Assembly (NCBI GenBank): GCA_029557905.1
Contig: JAKQHR010000072.1
Location: 23,109-87,108 of the forward strand
Length of the DNA stretch: 64,000 nt
From: Verrucomicrobiota bacterium
GTDB taxonomy: Bacteria > Verrucomicrobiota > Kiritimatiellia > JAKQHR01
Direction: 5' to 3'
The notes under the pieces are model-generated. The model saw only the letters and a program-made list of their open reading frames with translations, did not search any database and was not told the DNA's origin. Positions 1 to 10,454 of this stretch are shown here, one piece after another (position 1 is the stretch's first letter; each line of letters starts with the position of its first letter). The translations under genes and the position numbers were made by a program.

Positions 1-830
1 TCGTCCCATGCGAAAGACCCCTCCGCCATAAGCACGTTGTCGGCTTTCTCCATAACGGCATAATCAATGGATATCTTTTCCAGCGCGCCAAACGCGTCCG
101 CCAAAGCATCCTTGAAGGCTCCTGTTCCAATGGCCGGAGCCAGATTCTGCATCATCTGATACAGCGGCAGACGATGTATGCGAAGGGCCTTTTCGATTGC
201 CTTCACGGACCAGATGAACATGCCCGAATTCCAGGCGAATTTTCCTGACGAAACATATTCGGCGGCTGTCGCGGCATCAGGTTTTTCCACAAAGCGCTCG
301 GCCTTCAAAAAACGTGTCCCGGCGCTGCTTTTGCGAAACTCCTCGCCGGCCTCGATATAACCATAGGCCGTGCTAGGCTCGGAGGGCCTGATTCCGATAG
401 TGATGAGCACATCCTCCTCCAGGGCCAGGGAACAGGCGTCGGCCAGTGTCTGGCGGTACACATCAAGGTCTCCCATGACATGATCGGCGGTCAGCACGGC
501 AAAAGCGGCGTTGGGATCGCGCTTTTTAACCAGTGCCGCGCCCAGCGCGATCGCCGCGGCGGTGTCACGCCCGACCGGTTCACCGACAATGTTTTCAGCC
601 GGCAGGCCTGGGGCTGACTCCCGGGCCGGGCCAATCAAATCGGCATTGGTAAGGACAAACACGTTGTCCGGGGCGATCAGCCCCTCCAGCCGGTCAATAG
701 CCTGGGCCAGGAGCGGCTTCTCCCCCACCAGCGAAAGGAACTGCTTGGGCACGCGGGATGTACTGAGCGGCCAGAATCGCTCCCCTTTCCCTCCAGCAAG
801 AATCACTGCGTAAAAATTGCTTCTGTTCAT
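1..830 (-). CDS. manC: mannose-1-phosphate guanylyltransferase (GDP-mannose pyrophosphorylase), 3' part truncated by window edge
   Basis: Reverse-strand translation from ATG (cat at 828-830) gives MNRSNFYAVILAGGKGERFWPLSTSRVPKQFLSL...GRDTAAAIALGA...GYGYIEAGEE. The N-terminal ILAGGxGxRLWPLS and PKQF motifs match ManC/NTP-transferase. The ATG overlaps the trpA stop (ATGA). It is not in the ORF track because it runs off the window edge. Confidence 0.75.
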   Translation of the reverse strand, partial: MNRSNFYAVILAGGKGERFWPLSTSRVPKQFLSLVGEKPLLAQAIDRLEGLIAPDNVFVLTNADLIGPARESAPGLPAENIVGEPVGRDTAAAIALGAALVKKRDPNAAFAVLTADHVMGDLDVYRQTLADACSLALEEDVLITIGIRPSEPSTAYGYIEAGEEFRKSSAGTRFLKAERFVEKPDAATAAEYVSSGKFAWNSGMFIWSVKAIEKALRIHRLPLYQMMQNLAPAIGTGAFKDALADAFGALEKISIDYAVMEKADNVLMAEGSFAWD

Positions 831-1642
831 TTCCTGATCTCCTTTGCCGCCCGGACCAGTTCCTTCACAAAGGCGGCGGCGCGCGCGCGGCCGCGCGCGT
901 CGTGCGACTCCCGGTTGAACCGGTCCACGATCGCGCTGCCGACTACAATGGCGTCTGCAAAATGCGCCATTTCACGGGCATGACGCGGTTCTGAAATTCC
1001 AAACCCCAGGGCCACCGGCAGATCTGTGGATTTCTTGGTCTGCATGATCAGTTCCGCTGCGCCAGATGCCACCGTCTTCTGCTGCCCAGTCACTCCTGCG
1101 CGCGAAACACAGTACACAAAACCGGTGCAGTATGCCGCAATCTTTGCGATTCTTTCCGGCCGAGTCGTGGGCGTCACCAGCATGATGTTGTTCAGCTCAT
1201 TCCGGTCGAGGATCTTCCTGTAGGGGGCAGACTCCTCCAGCGACAAGTCCACGAGCAGCACCCCGTCAATCCCCGCGGTCTTGCTCCGTCGCATCATTTG
1301 ATCAAAACCCGGCGCCTTCAGGGGGTTCAAATAGGAATAGAATATCAGCGGAATATCTGTATTTTCCCGGACCCGCTCCACGCATGCGAGAACGCCGTCC
1401 AGCGTGGCTCCGGCCTGCAGCGCGCGAAATGCCGCATCCTGATTTGCCCGCCCGTCAGCCATCGGATCGGAAAACGGCACGCCCAGCTCAATGAAATCCG
1501 CTCCCGCATCAGCAAGACGCAGAATGATTTCTTCAGTTCCCGCCAAATCCGGATCACCGGCCGTGATATAGGCCACGAATCCCGTCTCCCCGTTTTTCTT
1601 CAACTCAGCAAATTTCCGGTCAATTCGTGTCTTAAACTTCAT
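827..1642 (-). CDS. trpA: tryptophan synthase alpha chain
   Basis: Protein from MKFKTRIDRKFAELKKNGETGFVAYITAGDPD...GFGISEPRHA is a typical TrpA. The start was moved to the internal Met (offset 41 codons from ORF 827..1765). Confidence 0.85.
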   Translation of the reverse strand: MKFKTRIDRKFAELKKNGETGFVAYITAGDPDLAGTEEIILRLADAGADFIELGVPFSDPMADGRANQDAAFRALQAGATLDGVLACVERVRENTDIPLIFYSYLNPLKAPGFDQMMRRSKTAGIDGVLLVDLSLEESAPYRKILDRNELNNIMLVTPTTRPERIAKIAAYCTGFVYCVSRAGVTGQQKTVASGAAELIMQTKKSTDLPVALGFGISEPRHAREMAHFADAIVVGSAIVDRFNRESHDARGRARAAAFVKELVRAAKEIRK

Positions 1643-2409
1643 GTCTGTTTCGCCTGGTTCAATTCGTAAATATGCCCTATGCCGAAAAGCGTGAGCGAGT
1701 GGTCGAAAATGATTTCGCGATCCATTCCGTCCAGCACCCACGGCGCAAATCCGCCTGTGGCGCAAACGGTGACGTTGGCCTCTCCCATCTCCTCCTCGAC
1801 GCGCCGGAGTATTTCGCGCACCATGCCCAGATAGCCCCAGCGCGCGCCGGAGCGGATCGCATCTTCCGTGCTCTTCCCGATAATCGTCTGGGCCGGCTCC
1901 GGCTTGATGTGAGGGAGGAGCGCTGTTTTCTCAGCCAGATAATCAAACATAAGCGGCAGGCCCGGCGCGATGACTCCGCCGATATAGCCGTTCACGGCCG
2001 ACACGATGTCAAAGGTCAGCGCTGTTCCAAAGTCCGCCACGATGACGGGCAGGCCGTAACGCACCGCCGCTCCGGCGGCATTGGCCAGGCGGTCCGCGCC
2101 AATGGTTTCCGACCGGGGATAGGTGACCGGAATTCCCAGACTGCTTTCACAGGTCACCCTCATGGGCTGAAATCCGAACAGCCGTTCCACGGCCCCGCGC
2201 CAGGTGTCATTTGCATCAGGCACAACCGATGCCATGGCGGCGCCGCAGGGAGTGATTCCATCAGCGGACTCCATCAGGCGGGCATCCAGCAGTTCGGCCG
2301 TGGCGTCCCTGTGCCGGAGCCATGTCTGACGCAGAATCTCCCCGTTTTCGTAGAGTCCCACGGCCACGCTGGTGTTTCCGATATCAATGGTCAGGATGGG
2401 CTTGGTCAT
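1639..2409 (-). CDS. coaX: type III pantothenate kinase
   Basis: MTKPILTIDIGNTSVAVGLY...ADRLANAAG...IVADFGTALTFD matches the CoaX/Bvg accessory factor family. Confidence 0.8.
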   Translation of the reverse strand: MTKPILTIDIGNTSVAVGLYENGEILRQTWLRHRDATAELLDARLMESADGITPCGAAMASVVPDANDTWRGAVERLFGFQPMRVTCESSLGIPVTYPRSETIGADRLANAAGAAVRYGLPVIVADFGTALTFDIVSAVNGYIGGVIAPGLPLMFDYLAEKTALLPHIKPEPAQTIIGKSTEDAIRSGARWGYLGMVREILRRVEEEMGEANVTVCATGGFAPWVLDGMDREIIFDHSLTLFGIGHIYELNQAKQT

Positions 2410-2416
2410 TTGACTG

Positions 2417-3127
2417 TCACACGTTGGGGATTTCAGCGGAACCGCCGCGGGCTATCCACTCCTTAACGAGGGCGTCGCGGCGGCCCTCCAGCGCGGCGGC
2501 ATAATTGCGGTCCAGACATTCCAGCAGTTGAACGGAAGCGTCCATTTCGCTCAGTTCAACTCCTTCCATCCGGCAGGAGGTGGCCGGGGTTTTCAGTTCA
2601 AGGCTGCCCCAATCCTCTTCAGTCTGCTTCAGATTCAGGCCGATCCCGGCCACGGCGAACTCCACATACTCGTCGCCCAGCCGGGGTTCGATCAGTATCC
2701 CCGCGATCTTCCGGCCGGACACCAGCACATCATTTGGCGCCTTGATGGTCACATTTTTCAGGCCGGCCGCATCCAGAACCTGCGCGACCGAAACCGCGCA
2801 CAGCACGGATAGATGGCCTGTTTCGGAGGCAAACCATGGGGGCCGGAACAGGATGGACATATACAATCCCTTTTCAGCCTCTGATATCCATTTTCGGTCG
2901 AACTGCCCGCGACCCTGTGTTTGTTCTCGGGCAATAATCACAAATCCTTCCGGCGCGCCGTGCGCGCCCATTTTCTTCAGGTGCTCACTGGTCGAGGATA
3001 TGGAGCGGTAGGCCAGGATTTTCCGGCCGATCAGCCTGGTCCGCACACGGGCGCTGATCGCCTCGCGCCATTCCGGCAGCGGCTCGGCAATAACACTGGC
3101 GTGGATGACGGGTCCGTTTTCAGGCAT
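2417..3127 (-). CDS. birA: biotin--[acetyl-CoA-carboxylase] ligase
   Basis: GFVIIAREQTQGRGQFDRKW...KIAGILIE matches the BirA ligase domain. The start is set at the internal Met MPENGPV (cat at 3125-3127), overlapping nadC by 8 nt. birA-coaX adjacency is common. Confidence 0.7.
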   Translation of the reverse strand: MPENGPVIHASVIAEPLPEWREAISARVRTRLIGRKILAYRSISSTSEHLKKMGAHGAPEGFVIIAREQTQGRGQFDRKWISEAEKGLYMSILFRPPWFASETGHLSVLCAVSVAQVLDAAGLKNVTIKAPNDVLVSGRKIAGILIEPRLGDEYVEFAVAGIGLNLKQTEEDWGSLELKTPATSCRMEGVELSEMDASVQLLECLDRNYAAALEGRRDALVKEWIARGGSAEIPNV

Positions 3128-3992
3128 CGGGCCACTCCAGTTCAAGCGACAGATCCGCGGTCGGGGCTGAATGAGTAAGACATCCCAGCGATACGGCGTC
3201 CACCCCGCTGGCCGCAACGGCGGAGATATTGCTGAGCGTGATGCCGCCGGAGGCTTCCAGCCGACACTGTCCTCCGCAGATTCTGACACAGCGCTTCATC
3301 GCTGCCGGAGGCATATTGTCCAGAAGTATCCACTCCGGTTTGGCGGCCAGTACCTGGCGCAGATCAGCTTCGGACTCAACCTCTATTTCAACGGCCAGCC
3401 CTGGATATTTTTTCCGGGCGGCATTAACTGCCCCGCACAGATTGTCGCCGCCCCTCTTTCTCCACAGATTGCGGTGATTGTCCTTGATCAGGATGCGGTC
3501 ATAGAGCCCCATGCGATGATTGCATCCGCCGCCGCACTGCACAGCGTATTTTTCAAGCAGGCGGAACCCGGGAGTGGTTTTGCGCGTATCCAGAATCATC
3601 ACTTTCCGCGCCCGCCGCACAAACTGACTGGTCAAAGTCGCCACGCCTGACATCCGCTGCATGAAATTCAGAGCCGTGCGCTCGGCGGACAGGATGGAAC
3701 GGAGGGAACCGCGGACTTCCAGCACGGTCGCCCCGGCGCCGGCGCGCGCCCCGTCCGGAAGAACGGTCTGCGTCTTCAGGCTGGGATCCACCTTTCTGAA
3801 GACAGCCGCGGCCACCGGCCCGCCGGAAATCATGCAGGGGGTTCGGGCCAGAATTACGGCGCGACCCTTTTCCGTCGGGGAAATGAGGCTCTTCGACGTC
3901 ACGTCGCCCGCCCGTCCCAGGTCTTCCCTGAGGGCCAGCGCAATGAGCCTGTCTGCCGCCGCCTGCGTTTCAACTGTCATTTTCATATTCAA
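3120..3992 (-). CDS. nadC: nicotinate-nucleotide pyrophosphorylase (carboxylating)
   Basis: 290-aa ORF with TALNFMQRMSGVAT...LDTRKTTPGFR...IKDNH...ASGGI, characteristic of NadC/QPRTase. Confidence 0.85.
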   Translation of the reverse strand: MNMKMTVETQAAADRLIALALREDLGRAGDVTSKSLISPTEKGRAVILARTPCMISGGPVAAAVFRKVDPSLKTQTVLPDGARAGAGATVLEVRGSLRSILSAERTALNFMQRMSGVATLTSQFVRRARKVMILDTRKTTPGFRLLEKYAVQCGGGCNHRMGLYDRILIKDNHRNLWRKRGGDNLCGAVNAARKKYPGLAVEIEVESEADLRQVLAAKPEWILLDNMPPAAMKRCVRICGGQCRLEASGGITLSNISAVAASGVDAVSLGCLTHSAPTADLSLELEWPDA

Positions 3993-6035
3993 TCAGCCGC
4001 GTTTTTTTCTTCGACGCGGACGGCTGTAATTCAGGCCGCCGCCTTTCCCGCTTCGCTCCCGGATCACCGGCGCCTTCAATTCCGCCAGCTGGTCGCGCAG
4101 AAACGCCGCGCGCTCGAATTCCAGCGCTGCGGCCGCCTCAAGCATTTCGCGCTCGATGTCTGCGATGACTTCCGCGGTATTATAATCAACTCCGCTCTCG
4201 CGAATCACGCTTTTTTCGACCTCGGCCGCCTCCTCGCGCGTCACGAGACTCTCCTGGATGCTTTTCTGGATGCCCTGCGGCGTGATGTTGTGCTCCGCGT
4301 TGTAGGCCAGCTGAATCTCACGGCGGCGGCGGGTCACATCAATCATCCGTCTCATCGAGTCCGTGATGTTGTCGGCATACATGATCACCTGACCGTTCAC
4401 ATGCCGCGCCGCGCGGCCGGCCGTCTGGATCAGGGAGGTTTCCGAACGCAGAAAGCCTTCTTTGTCCGCATCCAGAATGGCCACAAGCGACACTTCGGGA
4501 AGATCCAGGCCCTCCCGGAGCAGGTTGATGCCGATGAGGCAGTCGAATTCCTTCTTGCGGAGCTGGCGGAGAATCTCGACGCGTTCAATGGCGTCAATCT
4601 CCGAGTGCAGATACTGGACCTTGAGTCCGGTTTCCTGCAGATAGGCCGCCAGATCCTCCGCCGTAAGCTTGGTAAGCGTGGTGACAAGCGTGCGTTCATG
4701 CCGGGTTGCCCGCAAACGCACCTCCTCCATCAAATCGTCAATCTGGTTCGCGAGGGGCCGGACCTCCACTGGCGGATCCAGCAGTCCCGTCGGACGGATA
4801 AGCTGCTGGACCATTTCAGCGGACTGCTCACGCTCAAACGGACCGGGTGTGGCGGACGTGAAAATGGTCTGGCCGGCGGCCTTCATGAACTCGTCGAAGT
4901 TCATGGGCCGGTTGTCCAGCGCGGACGGCAGGCGGAAACCGTGCTCCACAAGCGTGCGCTTGCGGGCCTGGTCGCCGTTGTACATGCCGCGTATTTGCGG
5001 GAGGGTGACATGCGATTCGTCAATGATGGTCAGGAAATCGCCGCGAAAATAGTCCAGCAGCGTGTCCGGCCTTGATCCGGCTTCACGGCCGGACAGATGG
5101 CGTGAATAATTTTCGATCCCCTGGCAGTAGCCGAGTTCCTTCAGCATTTCCATGTCGTATTCCGTGCGCATTTTTATCCGCTGGGCTTCCAGAAGCTTGT
5201 TCTGGCTCTCAAACCAGGCCACCCGCTCGCGCATCTCCTCCAGAATGTTCCCGATCGCCGCCTCCACCTTCGAAAGCGGCATCACAAAATGCTTGGCCGG
5301 GGAAATCGAAATCTCGTCCAGCGAGGCCTCGGAGTTTCCGGTCAGCGGATCAATTCGGCGAATGGCCTCGATCTCGTCGCCGAAAAACTCCACGCGGATG
5401 CCCTTTTTGCTGTAGGAGGGCAGAATATCCACCACATCGCCGCGCACAGAAAATGTGCCCGGAGAATTTTCGTAGTCATTGCGGGAATACTGGATGTCCA
5501 CCAGCCTGCGCAGCACTTCATCGCGGTCGGCGGATTCACCCCGCTTCAGATGCACCAGCATGCTCCGGTAATCCTCCGGAGAGCCCAGCCCGTAGATGCA
5601 CGAGACCGATGCGACGATGATCACATCGTCCCGGTTGATCAGCGAATCCGTTGCCGCCAGCCGGAGGCGTTCAATTTCCGCATTGATGGCCGCATCCTTC
5701 TCAATGAACGTGTCCGTCTGCGGGATATAGGCCTCGGGCTGGTAATAATCGTAGTAGCTGACGAAATATTCGACCGCGTTGTTTGGGAAGAAGCTCTTGA
5801 ACTCGGCGTACAGCTGGGCGGCCAGCGTCTTGTTGTGTGAAATCACCAGCGCGGGCTTGCCCCACCGCGCAATCACATTCGACATCGTAAAGGTTTTGCC
5901 GGAACCAGTCACGCCCTCCAGCGTGATAAACCGGCTCCCCTGCTCCAGCCGGCGGCAGATCTGTTCAATCGCCTCCGGCTGATCACCGGTGGGGCTGTAC
6001 CTGGATTCGATCTGATAAACGGCCTTCTGCGACAT
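3993..6035 (-). CDS. uvrB: excinuclease ABC subunit B
   Basis: [26 protein letters not shown]...GVTGSGKTF...[14 protein letters not shown] aligns end-to-end with E. coli UvrB. The start is set at Met21 of ORF 3993..6095 (cat at 6033-6035). Confidence 0.9.
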   Translation of the reverse strand: MSQKAVYQIESRYSPTGDQPEAIEQICRRLEQGSRFITLEGVTGSGKTFTMSNVIARWGKPALVISHNKTLAAQLYAEFKSFFPNNAVEYFVSYYDYYQPEAYIPQTDTFIEKDAAINAEIERLRLAATDSLINRDDVIIVASVSCIYGLGSPEDYRSMLVHLKRGESADRDEVLRRLVDIQYSRNDYENSPGTFSVRGDVVDILPSYSKKGIRVEFFGDEIEAIRRIDPLTGNSEASLDEISISPAKHFVMPLSKVEAAIGNILEEMRERVAWFESQNKLLEAQRIKMRTEYDMEMLKELGYCQGIENYSRHLSGREAGSRPDTLLDYFRGDFLTIIDESHVTLPQIRGMYNGDQARKRTLVEHGFRLPSALDNRPMNFDEFMKAAGQTIFTSATPGPFEREQSAEMVQQLIRPTGLLDPPVEVRPLANQIDDLMEEVRLRATRHERTLVTTLTKLTAEDLAAYLQETGLKVQYLHSEIDAIERVEILRQLRKKEFDCLIGINLLREGLDLPEVSLVAILDADKEGFLRSETSLIQTAGRAARHVNGQVIMYADNITDSMRRMIDVTRRRREIQLAYNAEHNITPQGIQKSIQESLVTREEAAEVEKSVIRESGVDYNTAEVIADIEREMLEAAAALEFERAAFLRDQLAELKAPVIRERSGKGGGLNYSRPRRRKKRG

Positions 6036-6118
6036 TGGAACAATATAAATCGCGGGTCCGGCCTCAACAAGCCTCAACCGGCGGGATGCAAACAAAAGGT
6101 TGAACCGCTGCAGCCGGG

Positions 6119-8080
6119 ATGCTAGGTATCGGTCTTCAATTCATGATTACGATTTTTCAGTCTGTTGCGCATCGCCTGTTCGGCCCCTCAGGCGCTCTTC
6201 TGGATGCGAGGGTTCTGTGCGAAGAAAATCTGTGTGAGACCTGCTCTCTGACGGCGAGTTTTCTCCTCGCGCTCGGAGGAGACCGGGATGCGCTGCTGAG
6301 ACTGCAGCGGGCGGAAGGTTCCAATGAATATGCCGGATTTCTCCGCAGGCATCTGGGAACGGTTGAGGAGGAGATTCGCCGCGCCTGTGAATCTCCGGAT
6401 TTCAGGAAACGGCTTCAGGCGCTTGATAAGAATCCATCGGACACCAGCGCACTCCGGATGGTGTTCTTTCCCGAGGGCGCGGGACTGCCGGAAACCCGCG
6501 AAGAAAAAATCGAAGCTCTGCGCCAGAGGAGAACCATACGGATCACAAGCCTCAACCCCAGTCCCCTCTCCGATCCTGTCCGGCAAATGCTGTTCACATC
6601 CAATGTGCTTCTGACGGTGCCCCTGTCCGGCTCGTCGCTTGACGAAATCAACTGCACGGATGAGCTGAAGGCTCGCATTCGCAGTGTTGCAGGCGAAGAG
6701 CAGATGTACTGGTATGATCATCCCATCCCGGTCGGGGTGCGGCCAGAGGCCAATGAAATCCTTTATGGTCTGCGCGGGCTGGACACAGCGGCGGAATTTG
6801 AGCGCGCGCGGGGACTTATGGGCCCCGGAAAAATTGCCTGTGCGCTTTCAGTTTCTGTAACGCACAGGGGGCTTCAGGACATCGCCAGGCAGTACATCGA
6901 GTCAGAAATCCGCAGCGCGGGCGGTTTCCGCAATGTGGATGTTTATGTTTTCACCGAGGCTGACACCAGACGCCTGATCAGAGAAGTGCTCGTCCCGGCC
7001 GGCGGAGATGAGGGGTCCCTGAAAATATTCGGGGTCGATGGCGAATACGGAAGGCACTACAGTTTTCTCAAGGCTGTGGCGGCGCTTTGGCAGGCTGCCG
7101 CAGATCCCGGCGTCCAGGCCACTTTCAAGATCGATCTTGATCAGGTTTTTCCGCAGAAAGAGCTTGTGGAGCAAACGGGAAAATCGGCGTTTGAACACTT
7201 CAAGAGCCCGCTGTGGGGTGCGCACGGACAGGATGCGGACGGATTCCCGGTTGAACTGGGCATGATCGCCGGAGCGCTGGTCAACGAGCGGGACATTGAT
7301 CGGGGAATTTTCACTCCGGATGTCTCCTTCCCGGACGGCCCCGCCGCTCCTGATGAGCGCATCTTCTTCAGCCGAATGACGATGGCCCTTTCAACCCGGG
7401 CCGAGATGATGACGCGATACCGCCCGGACGGCATTGACGGAAAAACGGCATGCATTCAGCGCATCCACGTGACGGGAGGAACAAATGGAATCCGCATTGA
7501 CAGCCTCAGGAAACACCGTCCGTTCACGCCGTCTTTCATCGGCCGGGCCGAGGATCAGTCCTACCTGCTTTCCGTCCTGCTGGAAGAAGGTGAAAAACTC
7601 CGTTATGTTCACAAGGACGGACTGATCATGCGGCATGACAAGGAGGCCTTTGCCGGTGACGCCATTCGGGCCGCATCATTCGGGAACATCATTGGCGACT
7701 ATATCCGCACGCTCTATTTCTCAGAATATGCGCGCGTGCTTGATCCCAGGGGCCTTGAGCGGATCAAGAGCATGGTTGATCCCTTCACCGGCTGCTTCAT
7801 CACCCCCATTCCGGTCATCGTGGTCATGCTGCGGTTCTGCCTGAAGGCTGCCGGGTATTTTCTGGCGGGCGACGGGAAAACCGGAACTGAATTTGTTGAG
7901 GCAAACCATAACCGGCTGGAGCGCGCCATGGCCTTTGCCCGTGAGGAACTGAAGCAGCAGTATGAGCGGGAGCGGGAAGGCTGGAACCGGTATTACGAGC
8001 TGCTTGACCGGCTTCAGCATGAACCGTCGCTGAAAAAGCGCGCCGGCCAAATCATTCAAGACTGCCGTGTCCGGACTTGA
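6119..8080 (+). CDS. large hypothetical protein (653 aa), no recognisable family
   Basis: Long uninterrupted ORF with coherent coding composition. It is divergent from uvrB and convergent with the metalloprotease gene. No signal peptide, TM segment or catalytic motif that I can assign. Confidence 0.5.
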   Translation: MLGIGLQFMITIFQSVAHRLFGPSGALLDARVLCEENLCETCSLTASFLLALGGDRDALLRLQRAEGSNEYAGFLRRHLGTVEEEIRRACESPDFRKRLQALDKNPSDTSALRMVFFPEGAGLPETREEKIEALRQRRTIRITSLNPSPLSDPVRQMLFTSNVLLTVPLSGSSLDEINCTDELKARIRSVAGEEQMYWYDHPIPVGVRPEANEILYGLRGLDTAAEFERARGLMGPGKIACALSVSVTHRGLQDIARQYIESEIRSAGGFRNVDVYVFTEADTRRLIREVLVPAGGDEGSLKIFGVDGEYGRHYSFLKAVAALWQAAADPGVQATFKIDLDQVFPQKELVEQTGKSAFEHFKSPLWGAHGQDADGFPVELGMIAGALVNERDIDRGIFTPDVSFPDGPAAPDERIFFSRMTMALSTRAEMMTRYRPDGIDGKTACIQRIHVTGGTNGIRIDSLRKHRPFTPSFIGRAEDQSYLLSVLLEEGEKLRYVHKDGLIMRHDKEAFAGDAIRAASFGNIIGDYIRTLYFSEYARVLDPRGLERIKSMVDPFTGCFITPIPVIVVMLRFCLKAAGYFLAGDGKTGTEFVEANHNRLERAMAFAREELKQQYEREREGWNRYYELLDRLQHEPSLKKRAGQIIQDCRVRT

Positions 8081-8093
8081 ACGGCATCCGGGC

Positions 8094-8182
8094 AAAAAGT
8101 TCCAATGACTGGAATATCCGCCGCAAAAAGTTCCAATGGCTGGAAGTTTTCTGGTCAAAAGTTCCAATGACTGGAACTTTTC
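8094..8182. repeat. REP-like array: 3 tandem copies (period ~31 bp) of a 26-bp palindrome AAAAGTTCCA-ATGAC-TGGAACTTTT
   Basis: Copies start near 8094, 8125 and 8157. Each has 10-bp perfect inverted arms around a 5-nt centre. The array sits between convergent genes (stops at 8080 and 8181) and the third copy overlaps the stop codon of the minus-strand gene. Confidence 0.8.
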
Positions 8183-9032
8183 AATTCAAAAAAGCTTCCA
8201 GTTCTTTTTGCAGCTGATCGGCGCTGTCCATTTCATAATGGATGCGGAAGGCCTCTTCCGCGGACATGCCGTTCATGACATCCAGCGTGAAGGGCATGAT
8301 TTTCTCGGCCGGCTGCCTGAGCATCAGCCAGCCGAAGAGCATTTTGGAGGTCCGGTAGAATGCCTCCACTTCCGCCGGATACTGCGTCGCGGCAAAGAGA
8401 TCAGCCAGCGGATAAAGAACATCCCGCTTTTTGAAGTGAGCCCTTCGGCTTTTCTTGATGCCCTTGAAGGCGGCGTACCCGAATTCCTCATACCATTCGG
8501 CCATGCCCTCGTTCAGCCAGAGCGGCAGGCGCCGGGGAAAGAGCCGGTTGATGACCAAATGCGTCATTTCATGCGCGAGCACACTGCCGCTTTCCGCGGT
8601 GCCGTCCGCCTGTTGCAGAAACATCTCCGGGCCTCTGACTACTGAAAAGGCCCACTCCTCTTTCATGCCGCTCGCGCGGATGAACTCCTGCCAGTCCTTT
8701 GGCGAGCGGAAGATGAAGATGTGAGAACGGACCGCAGGGCCCTGAGCCGGTGCATTCAATTCCTTCGCGATGTGATCGAACAGGAATTCAGCCATGCGCG
8801 CCGCTTTCAGGGCAAAGGTCTTGCGCTCATAATGGTACACAAAGCGCTCCGTCTGCGCGTGCTGCCACCTGATCCCCGGCATCTGCAGAACTTCCCGCCC
8901 GAGAAGCGAGAGGCTGCCGGAGTCCATCTGATCCGGCCCGACTTCCTGAAAATCCGCTTGTGCGGAAACGGCCAGCAGACAGATCATCAGGTTCTTCAGC
9001 ATGCGAAAAGGTTTCCCGGATTGAGGCGGCAC
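8181..9032 (-). CDS. secreted zinc metalloprotease-like protein (HExxH)
   Basis: Signal peptide MLKNLMICLLAVSAQA (the start may be Met11 at 9002). HEMTH plus downstream NEGMAEW resembles a zincin-type active site. Family not assigned. Confidence 0.5.
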   Translation of the reverse strand: MPPQSGKPFRMLKNLMICLLAVSAQADFQEVGPDQMDSGSLSLLGREVLQMPGIRWQHAQTERFVYHYERKTFALKAARMAEFLFDHIAKELNAPAQGPAVRSHIFIFRSPKDWQEFIRASGMKEEWAFSVVRGPEMFLQQADGTAESGSVLAHEMTHLVINRLFPRRLPLWLNEGMAEWYEEFGYAAFKGIKKSRRAHFKKRDVLYPLADLFAATQYPAEVEAFYRTSKMLFGWLMLRQPAEKIMPFTLDVMNGMSAEEAFRIHYEMDSADQLQKELEAFLN

Positions 9033-10453
9033 TGCGGATCGAACAGCCGTTTGAGCCGGCGCATGTCCTCGATCCCCCGCGCTCCCATCATTTTAAGGAG
9101 GAACGGGGTTTTGAGTTTGCCGATTCCGTGTTCTGCCGAAACCGTTCCCCCCATGCGGATCACGGCATCGGCCCATTCCAGATACTGGGCTTTCCCCTGT
9201 TCAAATTGCTTCACGGTGCGGGGAAGGATGTTGACATGCACATGATTGCTCCCGATGTGTCCAAAGATCACATATTCGAGCCCCAGGCGCTCAAGCGATG
9301 CGTGATACAGCGCCATCAGCTCGTCCAGGCGGTCGTCGGGGACGGCCATGTCGGTGCCGAGTTTCGTGATCGCGGGATCGGTTTTCCGGCGTTCATCTAT
9401 CAGAGAGTTGACCGCTTCAGGCAGCGCATGACGGAACAGGCGTATGCGCTCCCGCTCATGATCATCCGTGGCAATCCATGTCCTGTCCTCGCTTCCCCCG
9501 CAGCCGTCCAGCGCTTCGCACATGCGCTCCACCATGCCGGAAGCCTCATCCTCGTCCGCCGCATGATACTCCACATAGACCGCCGTGTGATAATCCGCCG
9601 GCACCTCGGGGGCGCCCTCCAGCCTGTGGCTGCGGAGCAGGTTCAATGAGCAGGAATCAAAAAACTCAATAGACGCGGGTTTGTCCTTCAGTCCGCGGAC
9701 GGCATGAACAAACGCCAGCGCATCGGGTTCTTTTCCGAAGAAGGCCATGACCCCCCAGACGGAAGCGGGCCAGGGCTGCAGCTTGAGGTGCAGCTCGGAA
9801 AAAATGCCCAGCGTGCCTTCCGAACCGATGAACAAATCCAGCAGGTCCATGCTGTCGCGGACAAAATATCCCGAAGCGGTCTTAATGGCCGGAGTGGTAT
9901 AGGAAGGCAGGTCGCCTTCAATTACACGGCCGGATTCCGTTTTCAGCCTGAAATTCCGCCCGGTGGCCATGCACTGGCCGCGGCAGAGCGCGATGACATC
10001 ACCGTCTGCAAGAACAAGGCGGGCGGCGAGGATAGATTCACGCGTGGCCCCGTAGCGAAACGAGCGGGCGCCGGAAGCGTTGCAGGAGGCCATGCCTCCG
10101 ATGGTCGCTGTGGTCTCCGTGGGATCCGGCGCAAAGAAAACATTCCCCCGGCTTTTCAGGTGCGCGCGGATTTCATCCAGCGTCACGCCGGGCTGCACGA
10201 TCAGATCATCCCTGTCCGTGATCGTCTTCATCCGGCTGAGATTCAGGATATGTCCGCCGGAAGGCACAGCCCCGCCCGTTAATCCTGTGCGCGCGCCCTG
10301 TGTGGTGATGCACTGCCCGTTTGCCGCGGCCCAGCGAACGGCATCCGCAATCTCTGCCTCGTTCAGCGGGAATGAAATTGAGTCTGCCGTGCCGGTTTTC
10401 CGCGATTCGTCGCGCAGATAATCGGGCCCGATGTCACTGTGAATCTCCGGCAT
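8996..10453 (-). CDS. FAD-binding oxidoreductase (GlcD / D-lactate dehydrogenase family)
   Basis: FAD-binding PCMH-type N-terminal domain (QGARTGLTGGAVP, IGGMASCNASG) and C-terminal GHIGSNHVHVNIL...AEHGIGKLK typical of FAD-linked oxidases. The start is set at MPEIHSD (alternative upstream start at 10513). Confidence 0.7.
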   Translation of the reverse strand: MPEIHSDIGPDYLRDESRKTGTADSISFPLNEAEIADAVRWAAANGQCITTQGARTGLTGGAVPSGGHILNLSRMKTITDRDDLIVQPGVTLDEIRAHLKSRGNVFFAPDPTETTATIGGMASCNASGARSFRYGATRESILAARLVLADGDVIALCRGQCMATGRNFRLKTESGRVIEGDLPSYTTPAIKTASGYFVRDSMDLLDLFIGSEGTLGIFSELHLKLQPWPASVWGVMAFFGKEPDALAFVHAVRGLKDKPASIEFFDSCSLNLLRSHRLEGAPEVPADYHTAVYVEYHAADEDEASGMVERMCEALDGCGGSEDRTWIATDDHERERIRLFRHALPEAVNSLIDERRKTDPAITKLGTDMAVPDDRLDELMALYHASLERLGLEYVIFGHIGSNHVHVNILPRTVKQFEQGKAQYLEWADAVIRMGGTVSAEHGIGKLKTPFLLKMMGARGIEDMRRLKRLFDPQCRLNPGNLFAC

Positions 10454-10454
10454 G

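Noticed and set aside
1672-2466. Long antisense ORFs inside well-supported genes. Examples: 1672..2466 +, 4290..5075 +, 12305..13618 +, 16753..17949 -, 22597..24111 +, 37736..39232 -, 59989..61140 +
   Set aside because: These are typical stop-codon-poor antisense frames of high-GC coding DNA. Their translations are Arg/Gly/Ala/Pro-rich without motifs, and each lies fully inside a gene with strong homology on the other strand.
8094-8182. Possible mini-CRISPR array (3 repeats at 31-bp period)
   Set aside because: Units are perfect palindromes separated by only 5-6 bp, not 25-40 bp spacers. An identical inverted array occurs at 62.9 kb. There are no cas genes nearby. The pattern fits REP/BIME-type elements.
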